Positions 28,186-36,432 of a stretch of 47,382 nucleotides of DNA are shown here, piece after piece. Within the stretch, counting starts at the first letter, position 1; each line of letters starts with the position of its first letter. The position numbers and the translations under genes are program-made. The notes beneath the pieces were generated by a model. It was not told where the DNA came from and made no database searches. It saw only the letters and a list, made by a program, of their open reading frames with translations. This DNA comes from Subdoligranulum sp. APC924/74. GTDB lineage: Bacteria; Bacillota; Clostridia; Christensenellales; Borkfalkiaceae. The stretch is taken from contig CAVJNC010000001.1 of assembly GCA_963650905.1 (NCBI GenBank), forward strand, positions 1 through 47,382, written 5' to 3'.

Positions 28186-29984
28186 TCAAACGTCAATCGG
28201 TAATGATAAAAGATGTTCCGAAAAACGCGTTCGAAACGGCAAAAAGATTGTTCAAAGAACTGAAAAACCAGAAATTCAGGTTGACGATAGTCATAATTTT
28301 CGTTGTGATTTCAACCGTTCTGAACGTTTTCACGCCTTATTACAGCGCGCGGATTATAGATTTGCTTTTCGATACCGTAAAAAGGTACGCGGCGGGCGGA
28401 ATTCCGTTTTCGATACAATGGAATCCTCTCGGAAAAGGACTGACCGCAATGACGGCTCTGTATCTTTCGGTTGCGATTCTGAATTATTTTCAGTCGTTGC
28501 TCATGGCGAGCGTCGCCGAAAAATTGATACTTACGCTGCGCGAGCAAATAAGCGCAAAGTTACATAAATTGCCGCTCGAATTTTACGATAACAACAAACG
28601 CGGGGAAATATTGTCCAAGGTGACGAACGACCTCGACAAAATTTCCGAAACTTTGCAGACGGGGTTGCTTAAATTCGTCGTTTCCATAGGTACGGTCGTC
28701 GGTTCGCTCGCGTTTATGTTTTATTTCAGTCCGTCGCTGACCATGATTTTCCTCGGGTTTGCCGCCGTGAGTTTTGTCGCGACGAAAATCGTCGCGAACA
28801 AAAACCTTGCGTTTTCGGCGGACAGACAGGAGAAAATCGCCGTTCTCACGGGAGTCGCCGAAGAGCAGTATACGGGGAGAGACGCGGTAAAAGCCTATAA
28901 CAATGAGAAAAACAGCGAAAAAATATTGAACGACGCCATAGAAGACGTTGCGAAAGCGAGCAAAAAAACGGACTTTCTTACTCATTGCGTAGATCCCGTG
29001 ATAACGTTGTTGTTGCGATTCGCTCAAGCGTGTATTTTGCTTATCGCTTGCCTGCGGATGATGAAAGGAGATATGTCGTTCGGCGTTGCGCAGGCTTATT
29101 TCCGGTACACGGGGCTTTGTTCCGATCCGTTGACGGAAGCCTCGTTTATGATAAACTCGTTGCAATCGGCGTTCGCGTCGGCGGAAAGAACGTTCGGATT
29201 TCTCGACGAACGCGAAGAAGTTCCCGACGTTGCTTTGCCGTTCATTCTGCACAGGGCGAGAGGTCTGATTTCGTTCAAAAACGTGAGTTTCGGCTACACG
29301 CCCGATAAAATTCTTATGAGAAACGTAAGTTTCACGGCGGAAGAAGGGCAGAAAATCGCGATAGTCGGTCCTACCGGCGCGGGCAAAACGACGCTCGTCA
29401 ATCTGCTCATGCGATTTTACGAGGCGAACGACGGGAAAATAAAGATAGACGGCGTTCTCGTCACCGACCTTACGAGGAAGAACCTGAGAAGCAATTTCGG
29501 CATGGTTTTGCAGGATACCTGGCTTTTCGGCGGAACGATAGCCGAAAATATCGCCTACGGGAAAGAAAACGCCACGCGTGAGGAAATAGAACGGGCGGCA
29601 AAAACGGCGGGAGCGGATTACTTTATCAGAACCCTGCCGCAAGGTTACGACACCGTTATCGGAAGCGACGCGGCGAATATGTCCGCAGGTCAACGCCAAC
29701 TTCTGACCATTGCGAGAGTGTTTCTGCGCGATCCGCCCGTTCTCATTCTCGACGAAGCGACTTCGAGCGTGGACACGCGCACGGAAGCGGAAATCGGCAA
29801 GGCGATGAAATCGCTTATGAGGGGCAGAACTTCTTTCGTTATCGCGCACCGCCTTTCCACCGTCCGCGACGCGGATAACATATTGTTTATGGAAAACGGA
29901 AACATTATCGAGCAGGGCAACCACGAGGCGTTGCTTAAAAAAGGCGGCGCTTACGCAAGGCTTTACAACAGTCAGTTTTTATAA
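28182..29984 (+). CDS. Heterodimeric ABC exporter subunit (TMD-NBD), consensus-site half
   Basis: Start at ATG 28182 (ATGA overlap with the upstream stop). Walker A GPTGAGKTT, degenerate signature MSAGQRQL, Walker B VLILDEATSSVD. Confidence 0.9.
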   Translation: MIKRQSVMIKDVPKNAFETAKRLFKELKNQKFRLTIVIIFVVISTVLNVFTPYYSARIIDLLFDTVKRYAAGGIPFSIQWNPLGKGLTAMTALYLSVAILNYFQSLLMASVAEKLILTLREQISAKLHKLPLEFYDNNKRGEILSKVTNDLDKISETLQTGLLKFVVSIGTVVGSLAFMFYFSPSLTMIFLGFAAVSFVATKIVANKNLAFSADRQEKIAVLTGVAEEQYTGRDAVKAYNNEKNSEKILNDAIEDVAKASKKTDFLTHCVDPVITLLLRFAQACILLIACLRMMKGDMSFGVAQAYFRYTGLCSDPLTEASFMINSLQSAFASAERTFGFLDEREEVPDVALPFILHRARGLISFKNVSFGYTPDKILMRNVSFTAEEGQKIAIVGPTGAGKTTLVNLLMRFYEANDGKIKIDGVLVTDLTRKNLRSNFGMVLQDTWLFGGTIAENIAYGKENATREEIERAAKTAGADYFIRTLPQGYDTVIGSDAANMSAGQRQLLTIARVFLRDPPVLILDEATSSVDTRTEAEIGKAMKSLMRGRTSFVIAHRLSTVRDADNILFMENGNIIEQGNHEALLKKGGAYARLYNSQFL

Positions 29985-30000
29985 AATCACGATTTATTCG

Positions 30001-30090
30001 TTGACGTTTATCTGAAAATACGATGGTTTATCGACAACGGTTTGAGACGCGTCCGTACACAAAGGCTATTTGTGTACGGACGCGTTTTTA
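30001..30090 (+). promoter_or_regulatory. Module E2: paralogue of E1, between the ABC exporter and the MATE gene
   Basis: TTGACG at 30001-30006. The -10 region is degenerate (TACGATGGT). CAACGGTTTGAG at 30035-30046. Stem 30046-30061 pairs with 30071-30086, loop AAGGCTATT, then a T-run reaching 30089. Confidence 0.6.
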
Positions 30091-30161
30091 TGTGGTTTTA
30101 ACAAGAAAATCCCCCGTTTCTGACGGGGCGGAAAAAATTCATCTCAAAAAGGAGCGTACCG

Positions 30162-31499
30162 ATGAAAAACAAAGCGATTTTCAAAGATTTTTCGAAATAT
30201 GTGTCATTGAGCGTTCTGGGGCAGATCGCATTGTCCTGTTACACGCTCGCCGACACGTTTTTCGTGTCCGCGAAATTGGGCGCGAACGGACTTACCGCGC
30301 TCAACCTCGCGTTTCCGATATTCTGCGTCGTCAACGGCATAGGGCTTATGATAGGAATGGGCGGCGGAACAAAATATTCCATATATCGGAGCAGAGGAGA
30401 AAACGACGCGGCCGACCGCGTTTTTACGAACGCTTTATACGTCGTAGCCGCGTTTACCTGTCTTTTCGTTCCGGCGGGAATATTCTTTTCAAGGCAGATA
30501 GTGAGATTTCTCGGCGCGGACGAAACGGTGATCGAAATGACGAATACTTACGCGCATGTAATGCTTTTGTTCACCCCCGCTTTTCTGCTCAACAATCTCT
30601 TGCAGTGCTTTATCCGAAACGACGGCAAGCCGTCGCTTTCGATGGCGGCGATGATCACGGGCAGTTTATCCAACGTCTTGCTCGATTACGTATTCATTTT
30701 CCCGCTCGATATGGGGATATTCGGGGCGATTTTCGCAACGGGATTAGCCCCGATCATAAGCATTTGCGTTTTATCCCCCTGCATTATAAAACGAAAAAAC
30801 AAGTTCCGTTTCGTGAAATCGAAGCCCGACGGCGCGAGAGTGAAAGAAATTCTGGCGAGCGGATTTTCGCCGTTCCTCACGGAAGCGACGTCGGGCGTGG
30901 TTATGTTTTTGTTTAATTTTATTATCTTGCGGATAGCGGGCAATATCGGCGTTGCGGCTTTCGGCGTCATATCGGTTATATCTCTCGTGATTATCGCGGT
31001 ATACACGGGCTTATCCCAGGGCGCGCAACCGGTTATGAGCAGCAATCACGGAGCGGAAAATTCCGGAAACGTGAAAACCGTTCTGAAATACAGCCTGATA
31101 GCCATGCTCGTTTTGTCGGGCGTGATTTACGCCGCGATATTTTTCGGCGCGTCCGGTCTGACTTCGATATTCAACGGCGAGAAAAACCAAACGTTGCAAT
31201 CGCTTGCCGAAACGGGTTTAAAAATTTATTTTATCGCCTGTCCGTTTATAGGGTTCAATATCGTGCTTGCTACCTATTTTATCTCCACGGAAAAGCCGTT
31301 ATACGCGCAGATTATATCGCTTTCCCGCGGATTTATAGTCCTGATACCCGCGGCGTTTCTGTTGTCCGCTCTGTTCGGCATGACGGGCGTGTGGCGCGCT
31401 TATCCGACGTCGGAATGTATCGTCGCGACGACGGGATTAATTCTGTATATAACCGGCGAACGCCGTAAAAATCGAAAAAAGAGCAATAAATCGCAATAA
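30162..31499 (+). CDS. MATE-family multidrug efflux transporter
   Basis: 445 aa, 12 TM helices. AAAGGAG ribosome-binding site. Contains VLLDYVFIFPLDMGIFGA, which is also present in the MATE gene at 41737. Confidence 0.85.
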   Translation: MKNKAIFKDFSKYVSLSVLGQIALSCYTLADTFFVSAKLGANGLTALNLAFPIFCVVNGIGLMIGMGGGTKYSIYRSRGENDAADRVFTNALYVVAAFTCLFVPAGIFFSRQIVRFLGADETVIEMTNTYAHVMLLFTPAFLLNNLLQCFIRNDGKPSLSMAAMITGSLSNVLLDYVFIFPLDMGIFGAIFATGLAPIISICVLSPCIIKRKNKFRFVKSKPDGARVKEILASGFSPFLTEATSGVVMFLFNFIILRIAGNIGVAAFGVISVISLVIIAVYTGLSQGAQPVMSSNHGAENSGNVKTVLKYSLIAMLVLSGVIYAAIFFGASGLTSIFNGEKNQTLQSLAETGLKIYFIACPFIGFNIVLATYFISTEKPLYAQIISLSRGFIVLIPAAFLLSALFGMTGVWRAYPTSECIVATTGLILYITGERRKNRKKSNKSQ

Positions 31500-31504
31500 A
31501 AAAA

Positions 31505-31529
31505 CCTTGCGGAAGAGAGATCCGCAAGG
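31505..31529 (-). terminator. Intrinsic terminator ending the rex-hydA operon (hairpin shared with the convergent MATE gene)
   Basis: ccttgcgga-agagaga-tccgcaagg. On the minus strand it is followed by TTTTTTT (31498-31504). Confidence 0.75.
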
Positions 31530-31607
31530 TCATTCGATTGAAAACGCGATTTCGGAATTTACCCGTTAACCGCTTTTTGCCGGTATCCTTTTTGTCGCGA
31601 CGAAATA

Positions 31608-33050
31608 TTATTTCGCGGAATCGGAGGGCTTTATGAGTACGCTCAACGCGTCCGAAATAGTTTTTTCGAACGCCTCTCTGCCGTATTTGTCCACTTCCGC
31701 TTTGTTCTTTTCGCCGTGAGTCAAGCAACCCGCGCCGCCTATGCAACCGCCCACGCAAGCCATACCCTCGATGAAATTCGCCTGCAATTTGCCCGCGCGT
31801 TTCTGCAAAAGCGCGATTTTGCATTGTTCGATTCCGTCGCAGGAGCAGGGTTTAAGCACGAATTCGAGATTCTGCTCCCTGATTCCTTCCGCAACCGCGT
31901 CGGCAAGTCCGCCGCTGCGCGCGAAGATTCTGCCGAAGTAAGAAGCGTTGTCGAGAACGTCTTCGCCGAGCGCGGTTATGTCTATATCCTTGCTGTCGAA
32001 AAGAGCCTGAAGTTCTTCGAACGTCAATACCGCGTCGATATAAGGTCTCACGGATTCCTTCCGGAACTCCATTTTTTTGGCGGTGCAAGGGCCGATAAAC
32101 ACGGTTTTGCAGTCCTTTTCCGTTTCCTTGATATATTTCGCGATCGTCGCCATAGGCGAGAGGTTATGCGAAACGAACGGCTTTAAATCGGGGAAGTTCT
32201 TGTCGATATAATCCACGAAAGCGGGGCAGCAGGAACTCGTTAAAAATCCCTTTTCGGCAAGTTCTTTAGATTCCGCCTGCGCGACCATATCCGCGCCGAG
32301 AGCCGCCTCGATGACCGTGTGGAAACCGAGTTTGCGAAGCCCCGAGATGACCTGACCTAATTTCGCGTAAGTGAACTGACTGGAAATCGACGGAGCGACT
32401 ATCGCGTAAATTTTGTAATTCTGATTGCCGTGGCTGCCTTTGAGCATATCTATGACGTTGAGAATGAACGATTTATCCGTTATCGCGCCGAACGGGCAGG
32501 CGTAAACGCACGCGCCGCAGGATATGCACTTGTCGTTGTCGATGCAGGCTTGTTTTTCGTCGCCCATCTTTATGGCTTTGACTTTGCAAGCCGTTTCGCA
32601 CGGGCGTTTGTAGTTGAGAATCGCGCTGTAAGGGCATACCTTGGAGCATGCGCCGCATTCCTTGCATTTGGTTTTGTCGATATGCGCCACGTGATTTTCG
32701 TCGAAGGTTATCGCGCCGAATCTGCATGCGTCCTCGCAGCGGTGCGCAAGGCAGCCGCGGCAGGCGTTCGTGACTTCGTAGCCGCCCATAGGACATTCGT
32801 CGCAGGCGATATCGATAACTTCTATGACGTTCGGGTTCTGCTTGTCGCCGCCCATAGCGAGTTTAACGCGTTCCGCTAAAATCGCGCGTTCCTTATAAAC
32901 GCAGCAACGCATCGTCGGGATTTTCCCCGGGACGATTATTTTGGGGATATCGAGCAGATTATCCTGCAACGTGTCGTTCCACGCCTGCCGAGCCACTTCG
33001 CGCAGAACTTTATATTTTAAATGTTGAACTTTTGTATCGAATTTTCTCAT
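31608..33050 (-). CDS. hydA: [FeFe] hydrogenase catalytic subunit, group-B-like architecture
   Basis: Several N-terminal Cys clusters (CKECGACSKVCP, CISCGACVYACP). H-cluster motifs TSSCCPAF, GPCTAKKMEF and EGMACVGGCIGG. Confidence 0.8.
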   Translation of the reverse strand: MRKFDTKVQHLKYKVLREVARQAWNDTLQDNLLDIPKIIVPGKIPTMRCCVYKERAILAERVKLAMGGDKQNPNVIEVIDIACDECPMGGYEVTNACRGCLAHRCEDACRFGAITFDENHVAHIDKTKCKECGACSKVCPYSAILNYKRPCETACKVKAIKMGDEKQACIDNDKCISCGACVYACPFGAITDKSFILNVIDMLKGSHGNQNYKIYAIVAPSISSQFTYAKLGQVISGLRKLGFHTVIEAALGADMVAQAESKELAEKGFLTSSCCPAFVDYIDKNFPDLKPFVSHNLSPMATIAKYIKETEKDCKTVFIGPCTAKKMEFRKESVRPYIDAVLTFEELQALFDSKDIDITALGEDVLDNASYFGRIFARSGGLADAVAEGIREQNLEFVLKPCSCDGIEQCKIALLQKRAGKLQANFIEGMACVGGCIGGAGCLTHGEKNKAEVDKYGREAFEKTISDALSVLIKPSDSAK

Positions 33051-33061
33051 AATAATACCGA

Positions 33062-34234
33062 TTAAAAATAACTGACTTTGATTCGCTTACCCATTTTTTT
33101 AAGACAAGCGGATAATTCTTCCACAAGATTCATTTTGATGTTGAAGTTTATCGGCAAGTCGGGGTTCTGGTGCGCGGGGTTAACGGCTCTGCCGACGTAG
33201 AAATTGATGTCCGTGCCTTCTTCGAAGAGCATCCGGCATATTAAAGACGCGCCGTCGTGTCCGCAACTCCATTTTTCATATAGTTTGTTTTCGCCGAGAA
33301 CGTCGTGGGCGTATTCCACCACGCGGTTCATCGTGATAACGCCTTCCGTAACAAGGTCCACGCCTTCGATTTTCGCTATCGGGGGAATATCCGAATTTGC
33401 GAAATTAACGCTCACTTCAACCTTTTTCCCGAGATATTTTGCGGCGATCGAAGAGGTCGTTCCGCCGCAGACGATATGCTTGCCTTCTTTGGAGAAGAAC
33501 AAAGCCATCATGCGGTTCGCGTCGTCCCTGTCTCTCGGCGGGCCGAACAGAATGTTCATAGGCTCGCGTTTTCTGATTTTCACGACGCACGCCGTGGCGT
33601 CGTCGCCGGGGCGATGAGCGTAAAGTTCGTCCACCTCGTCCAGAAGAATGGTAGCCATCGTTTTCGCCGCGTATTCCCCGGCGACGACGACTTTCATGAA
33701 TTCTATGATTTCTTCCCTTTTCCAGCCGAAATTATAGGCAAGCCCGATGCCCGCGTGCGGGCAACCGTCGCTCATCGTAACGAACACGTCGCCTTCCTGC
33801 AACTTTATCATCGAATGATAAATCTTTTTGCCGTCTATGTTCATCTCCGTTTTCGGGTAGAGATAATTCTCGCCGTCGCGGATAAGAATGGTAAGCGGGT
33901 TGTCGTACTGAATGAGTTCCATTTCGCGGTTTTCCACGAGGTGCATGATGGTGAACGTGGAATAAGCGACGCCCCTCACCGAGCATATCGGCAAGGTCTT
34001 TGCGATCGTTTCCACGCAGTCCGAAAGGGTAAGCCCTTCCGCCATCATCGTGGAAATGATCTTGCTCGTGAGCGTGGAAAGTATGCTTGCCTTAACGCCG
34101 CTGCCGAGTCCGTCCGCAAGGACGATCACGGTGGAATCGTCGTCGCGCTCCACGACGTCGATATGATCGCCGCAGAGTTGTTCCCCGAAATGGTTTATGC
34201 TTTTGTAACCTATGTCGGCGCAAAGATTATTCAT
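33062..34234 (-). CDS. SpoIIE/PP2C-family serine phosphatase with a C-terminal domain of unknown function
   Basis: GEQLCGDHIDV...VLADGLGSGVKAS...DGCPHAG are PPM-type metal-binding Asp/Gly motifs. A further ~170-aa C-terminal region is unassigned. 8-nt overlap with hydS. Confidence 0.75.
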   Translation of the reverse strand: MNNLCADIGYKSINHFGEQLCGDHIDVVERDDDSTVIVLADGLGSGVKASILSTLTSKIISTMMAEGLTLSDCVETIAKTLPICSVRGVAYSTFTIMHLVENREMELIQYDNPLTILIRDGENYLYPKTEMNIDGKKIYHSMIKLQEGDVFVTMSDGCPHAGIGLAYNFGWKREEIIEFMKVVVAGEYAAKTMATILLDEVDELYAHRPGDDATACVVKIRKREPMNILFGPPRDRDDANRMMALFFSKEGKHIVCGGTTSSIAAKYLGKKVEVSVNFANSDIPPIAKIEGVDLVTEGVITMNRVVEYAHDVLGENKLYEKWSCGHDGASLICRMLFEEGTDINFYVGRAVNPAHQNPDLPINFNIKMNLVEELSACLKKMGKRIKVSYF

Positions 34235-35903
34235 CGGAAATGCTCTCCTTCAGTTTGGTAAGAGCGATTTTCGTTTCCGCCGCGGTTTCGCCGAGCAGCG
34301 AGGCGATTTCCTGAACGATGCGCATTTGCTTATCCACCACGTTATCGGCGGTTTCAACCGTCTGATTACGCAGTTTTTCGCGCTTTTCGCGCTCGTTTTC
34401 CTGTTCGGTGATATCCCTCATTATGCACAGAAGCATATGATAGGTGGTGTCGTAAATAATCGTCTGTTCGACGAATCTGTTGTATTCCGCAAGGAAAGTT
34501 TTGCGGTTGCGGACGCTCTTCTTGCTCTCGAGAACTTCGAGGAAGGGCTTCGGATCGAGAATGCGGACGACCTGATCGCCGAGCACGTCCGAAGCGTATC
34601 TTATGTTGAGAATTTTCCGCGCCGCGGGGTTGATCTGCTGAACTTCGAGCGCGTCGTTGACCACTATGAGCGCGTTCGGCGTGTTCGAGACGATGCAATC
34701 GGAGAAACTTTCGGCTTTATCCTTAAGATAGGGCAGACACATCGAAATTTCCGCCTTGCCGTGAATGATCGCTATCGCTTTTTCGCGGCAGGTATCGTAT
34801 CCGCAGGAGCCGCAGTTGAGTTCGTCCTCCGGTCTGTTTTTGCCCATCTTTTTAAGAACTTCCTGAATTTCGCTTTCGGACGGAGTAACGTTTCTGCGTT
34901 CGATAGGCTCGAATCTCTTTTTTAAGTCGAGCGAATCGGGCTGAGGGGTTTCGAAGTCCTTCGTTCCGGCGTACTTCGCGACCGACTGATAATCGATTAC
35001 GGGCGAGCGGTGATATTTTTCCATGACCGGCCCGCCGATGCAACTGCCCGCGCAGGCGGACATTTCGATGAAGCACTTATGAACGTTGCCCCGCTCGATT
35101 TCTTTGAGCGCGGCTATGCAGTTTTCGATGCCGTCCACCGCGAAATAAGTGTAATCGGGAGTTCTGTTTTTCATCGTCTTCAGAATTCCTCCCGCGGTGG
35201 GGAAGAAACGGGCGCGACTGTTATCCGTGTCGTCCATATCGGACGGAATCTCGACATGCTCGTCGCTAAGCCATTTCGTGAGTTCTTCAAACGTTAAAAC
35301 GGCGTCCACGATGCCTTCGTAATGCTGAGCCTCGTCCTTTTTCGCCACGCAGGGCCCGATAAAGACGGTTTTCGCTTCGGGATGTTTCTTCTTTATCTCG
35401 GAGCAGTGCGCCTGCATCGGCGACATCACGTCCGCCAGATCGGGCAGAAGAGACGGGAAATATTTCTGAATAAGAAGATTTACCGAATGGCAACAGGACG
35501 AAATAACTATATCCCGCGTTTCTTCGGCAAGCATTTTCTCGTATTCGTTTTTGACCACGGTCGCCCCGACAGCGGTTTCTTCCGCGTCGGCAAAGCCGAG
35601 TTTTTTAAGCGCGGATCTGATTCCGTTTATGCCTGTTCCGTGATAGTTTGCGATAAAGGACGGGGCTACGCTGGCGTAAACCTGCGCGCCCGACTGAATC
35701 ATTACTTTAACCTTTTCGGTTTCTTCCACGATCTGTTTCGCGTTCTGCGGACAAACGACGAAGCACTGTCCGCAAAGAATGCACTCGTTACCGATGATAT
35801 GCGCCTGATTGCCCGAAAATCTTATCGATTTCACGGGGCAGTGGCGTATGCATTTATAACAGTTTTTGCAGTTGGATTTTTTGAGCGTCAAACATTCCGA
35901 CAC
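34227..35903 (-). CDS. hydS: Sensory-type [FeFe] hydrogenase (HydS-like): 2x[4Fe-4S] ferredoxin, H-domain, Cx2Cx4Cx16C, PAS
   Basis: CKNCYKCIRHCP and CILCGQCFVVCP. H-domain motifs SSCCHSV, GPCVAKKDEA and EMSACAGSCIGGP. CGSCGYDTC-x16-C. PAS-like segment IVSNTPNALIVVNDALEVQQINPAARKIL. Start assigned to GTG 35903, 8 nt after GAGGAG. The Arg-rich extension to 36038 overlaps the ferredoxin gene and is rejected. Confidence 0.8.
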   Translation of the reverse strand: MSECLTLKKSNCKNCYKCIRHCPVKSIRFSGNQAHIIGNECILCGQCFVVCPQNAKQIVEETEKVKVMIQSGAQVYASVAPSFIANYHGTGINGIRSALKKLGFADAEETAVGATVVKNEYEKMLAEETRDIVISSCCHSVNLLIQKYFPSLLPDLADVMSPMQAHCSEIKKKHPEAKTVFIGPCVAKKDEAQHYEGIVDAVLTFEELTKWLSDEHVEIPSDMDDTDNSRARFFPTAGGILKTMKNRTPDYTYFAVDGIENCIAALKEIERGNVHKCFIEMSACAGSCIGGPVMEKYHRSPVIDYQSVAKYAGTKDFETPQPDSLDLKKRFEPIERRNVTPSESEIQEVLKKMGKNRPEDELNCGSCGYDTCREKAIAIIHGKAEISMCLPYLKDKAESFSDCIVSNTPNALIVVNDALEVQQINPAARKILNIRYASDVLGDQVVRILDPKPFLEVLESKKSVRNRKTFLAEYNRFVEQTIIYDTTYHMLLCIMRDITEQENEREKREKLRNQTVETADNVVDKQMRIVQEIASLLGETAAETKIALTKLKESISDE

Positions 35904-35905
35904 GG

Positions 35906-36178
35906 TTAATTCTCCTCGGCTTTCGCCTTTGCGACGGCGGGCATAACCGATTTTTCCCAGAATTCGCCGAATCCTTCGGGCGTTATGCCGACGTAAACCT
36001 CGCCGTCCACGGTTATCGTCACGCCGACGCGGTTGCACTTGCCGGAGCAGAACGCCCCGACAAGCGCTATTTCGTCTTCCAGACGATTATTCGCTATTTT
36101 TTCCTGTAACAATTCAACGATCCTCGGCGCGCCTTTCAGGTGACAAGAACTGCCGACGCAAACTTCGACGATTATCAT
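35906..36178 (-). CDS. Thioredoxin-like [2Fe-2S] ferredoxin (NuoE/HndA-like fold), 90 aa
   Basis: Cx4C...Cx3C pattern: VCVGSSCHLKG ... FCSGKC. Confidence 0.7.
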   Translation of the reverse strand: MIIVEVCVGSSCHLKGAPRIVELLQEKIANNRLEDEIALVGAFCSGKCNRVGVTITVDGEVYVGITPEGFGEFWEKSVMPAVAKAKAEEN

Positions 36179-36417
36179 TGCAATTTCGCTTTTATTTCTT
36201 TATCGAAAAATTCCTTTACGGTTTCGGGCGTGACGGAATAGAAATTATCGTCTACCGTAACGCAGACGCCGAGTTGGCATTTGCCCATGCAGAACGTTCC
36301 GCCGAGTTCGACTTTGTCGCCGAGCCCCGCTTCGTTGATATAATACTGAAGACCTTCGACTACTTTACGCGATCCTTTGATATGGCAGGAAGAGCCGATA
36401 CATACGGTAACTTTCAT
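36175..36417 (-). CDS. Thioredoxin-like [2Fe-2S] ferredoxin, 80 aa (paralogue of 35906-36178)
   Basis: VCIGSSCHIKG ... FCMGKC. 4-nt overlap with the next gene. Confidence 0.7.
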   Translation of the reverse strand: MKVTVCIGSSCHIKGSRKVVEGLQYYINEAGLGDKVELGGTFCMGKCQLGVCVTVDDNFYSVTPETVKEFFDKEIKAKLQ

Positions 36418-36432
36418 TATTTATTCTCCTTT

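Noticed and set aside
26348-30100. Leader peptides reading through E1 and E2 in the same frame (QRFET[L/R]PY[A/T]KAICVR...)
   Set aside because: The candidate starts (GTG 26348, ATG 30023) fall inside the -10-like boxes, upstream of the likely transcript start, and have no ribosome-binding site. The differences between the two copies are compensatory in the RNA stem but non-conservative at the amino-acid level (L/R, E/T).
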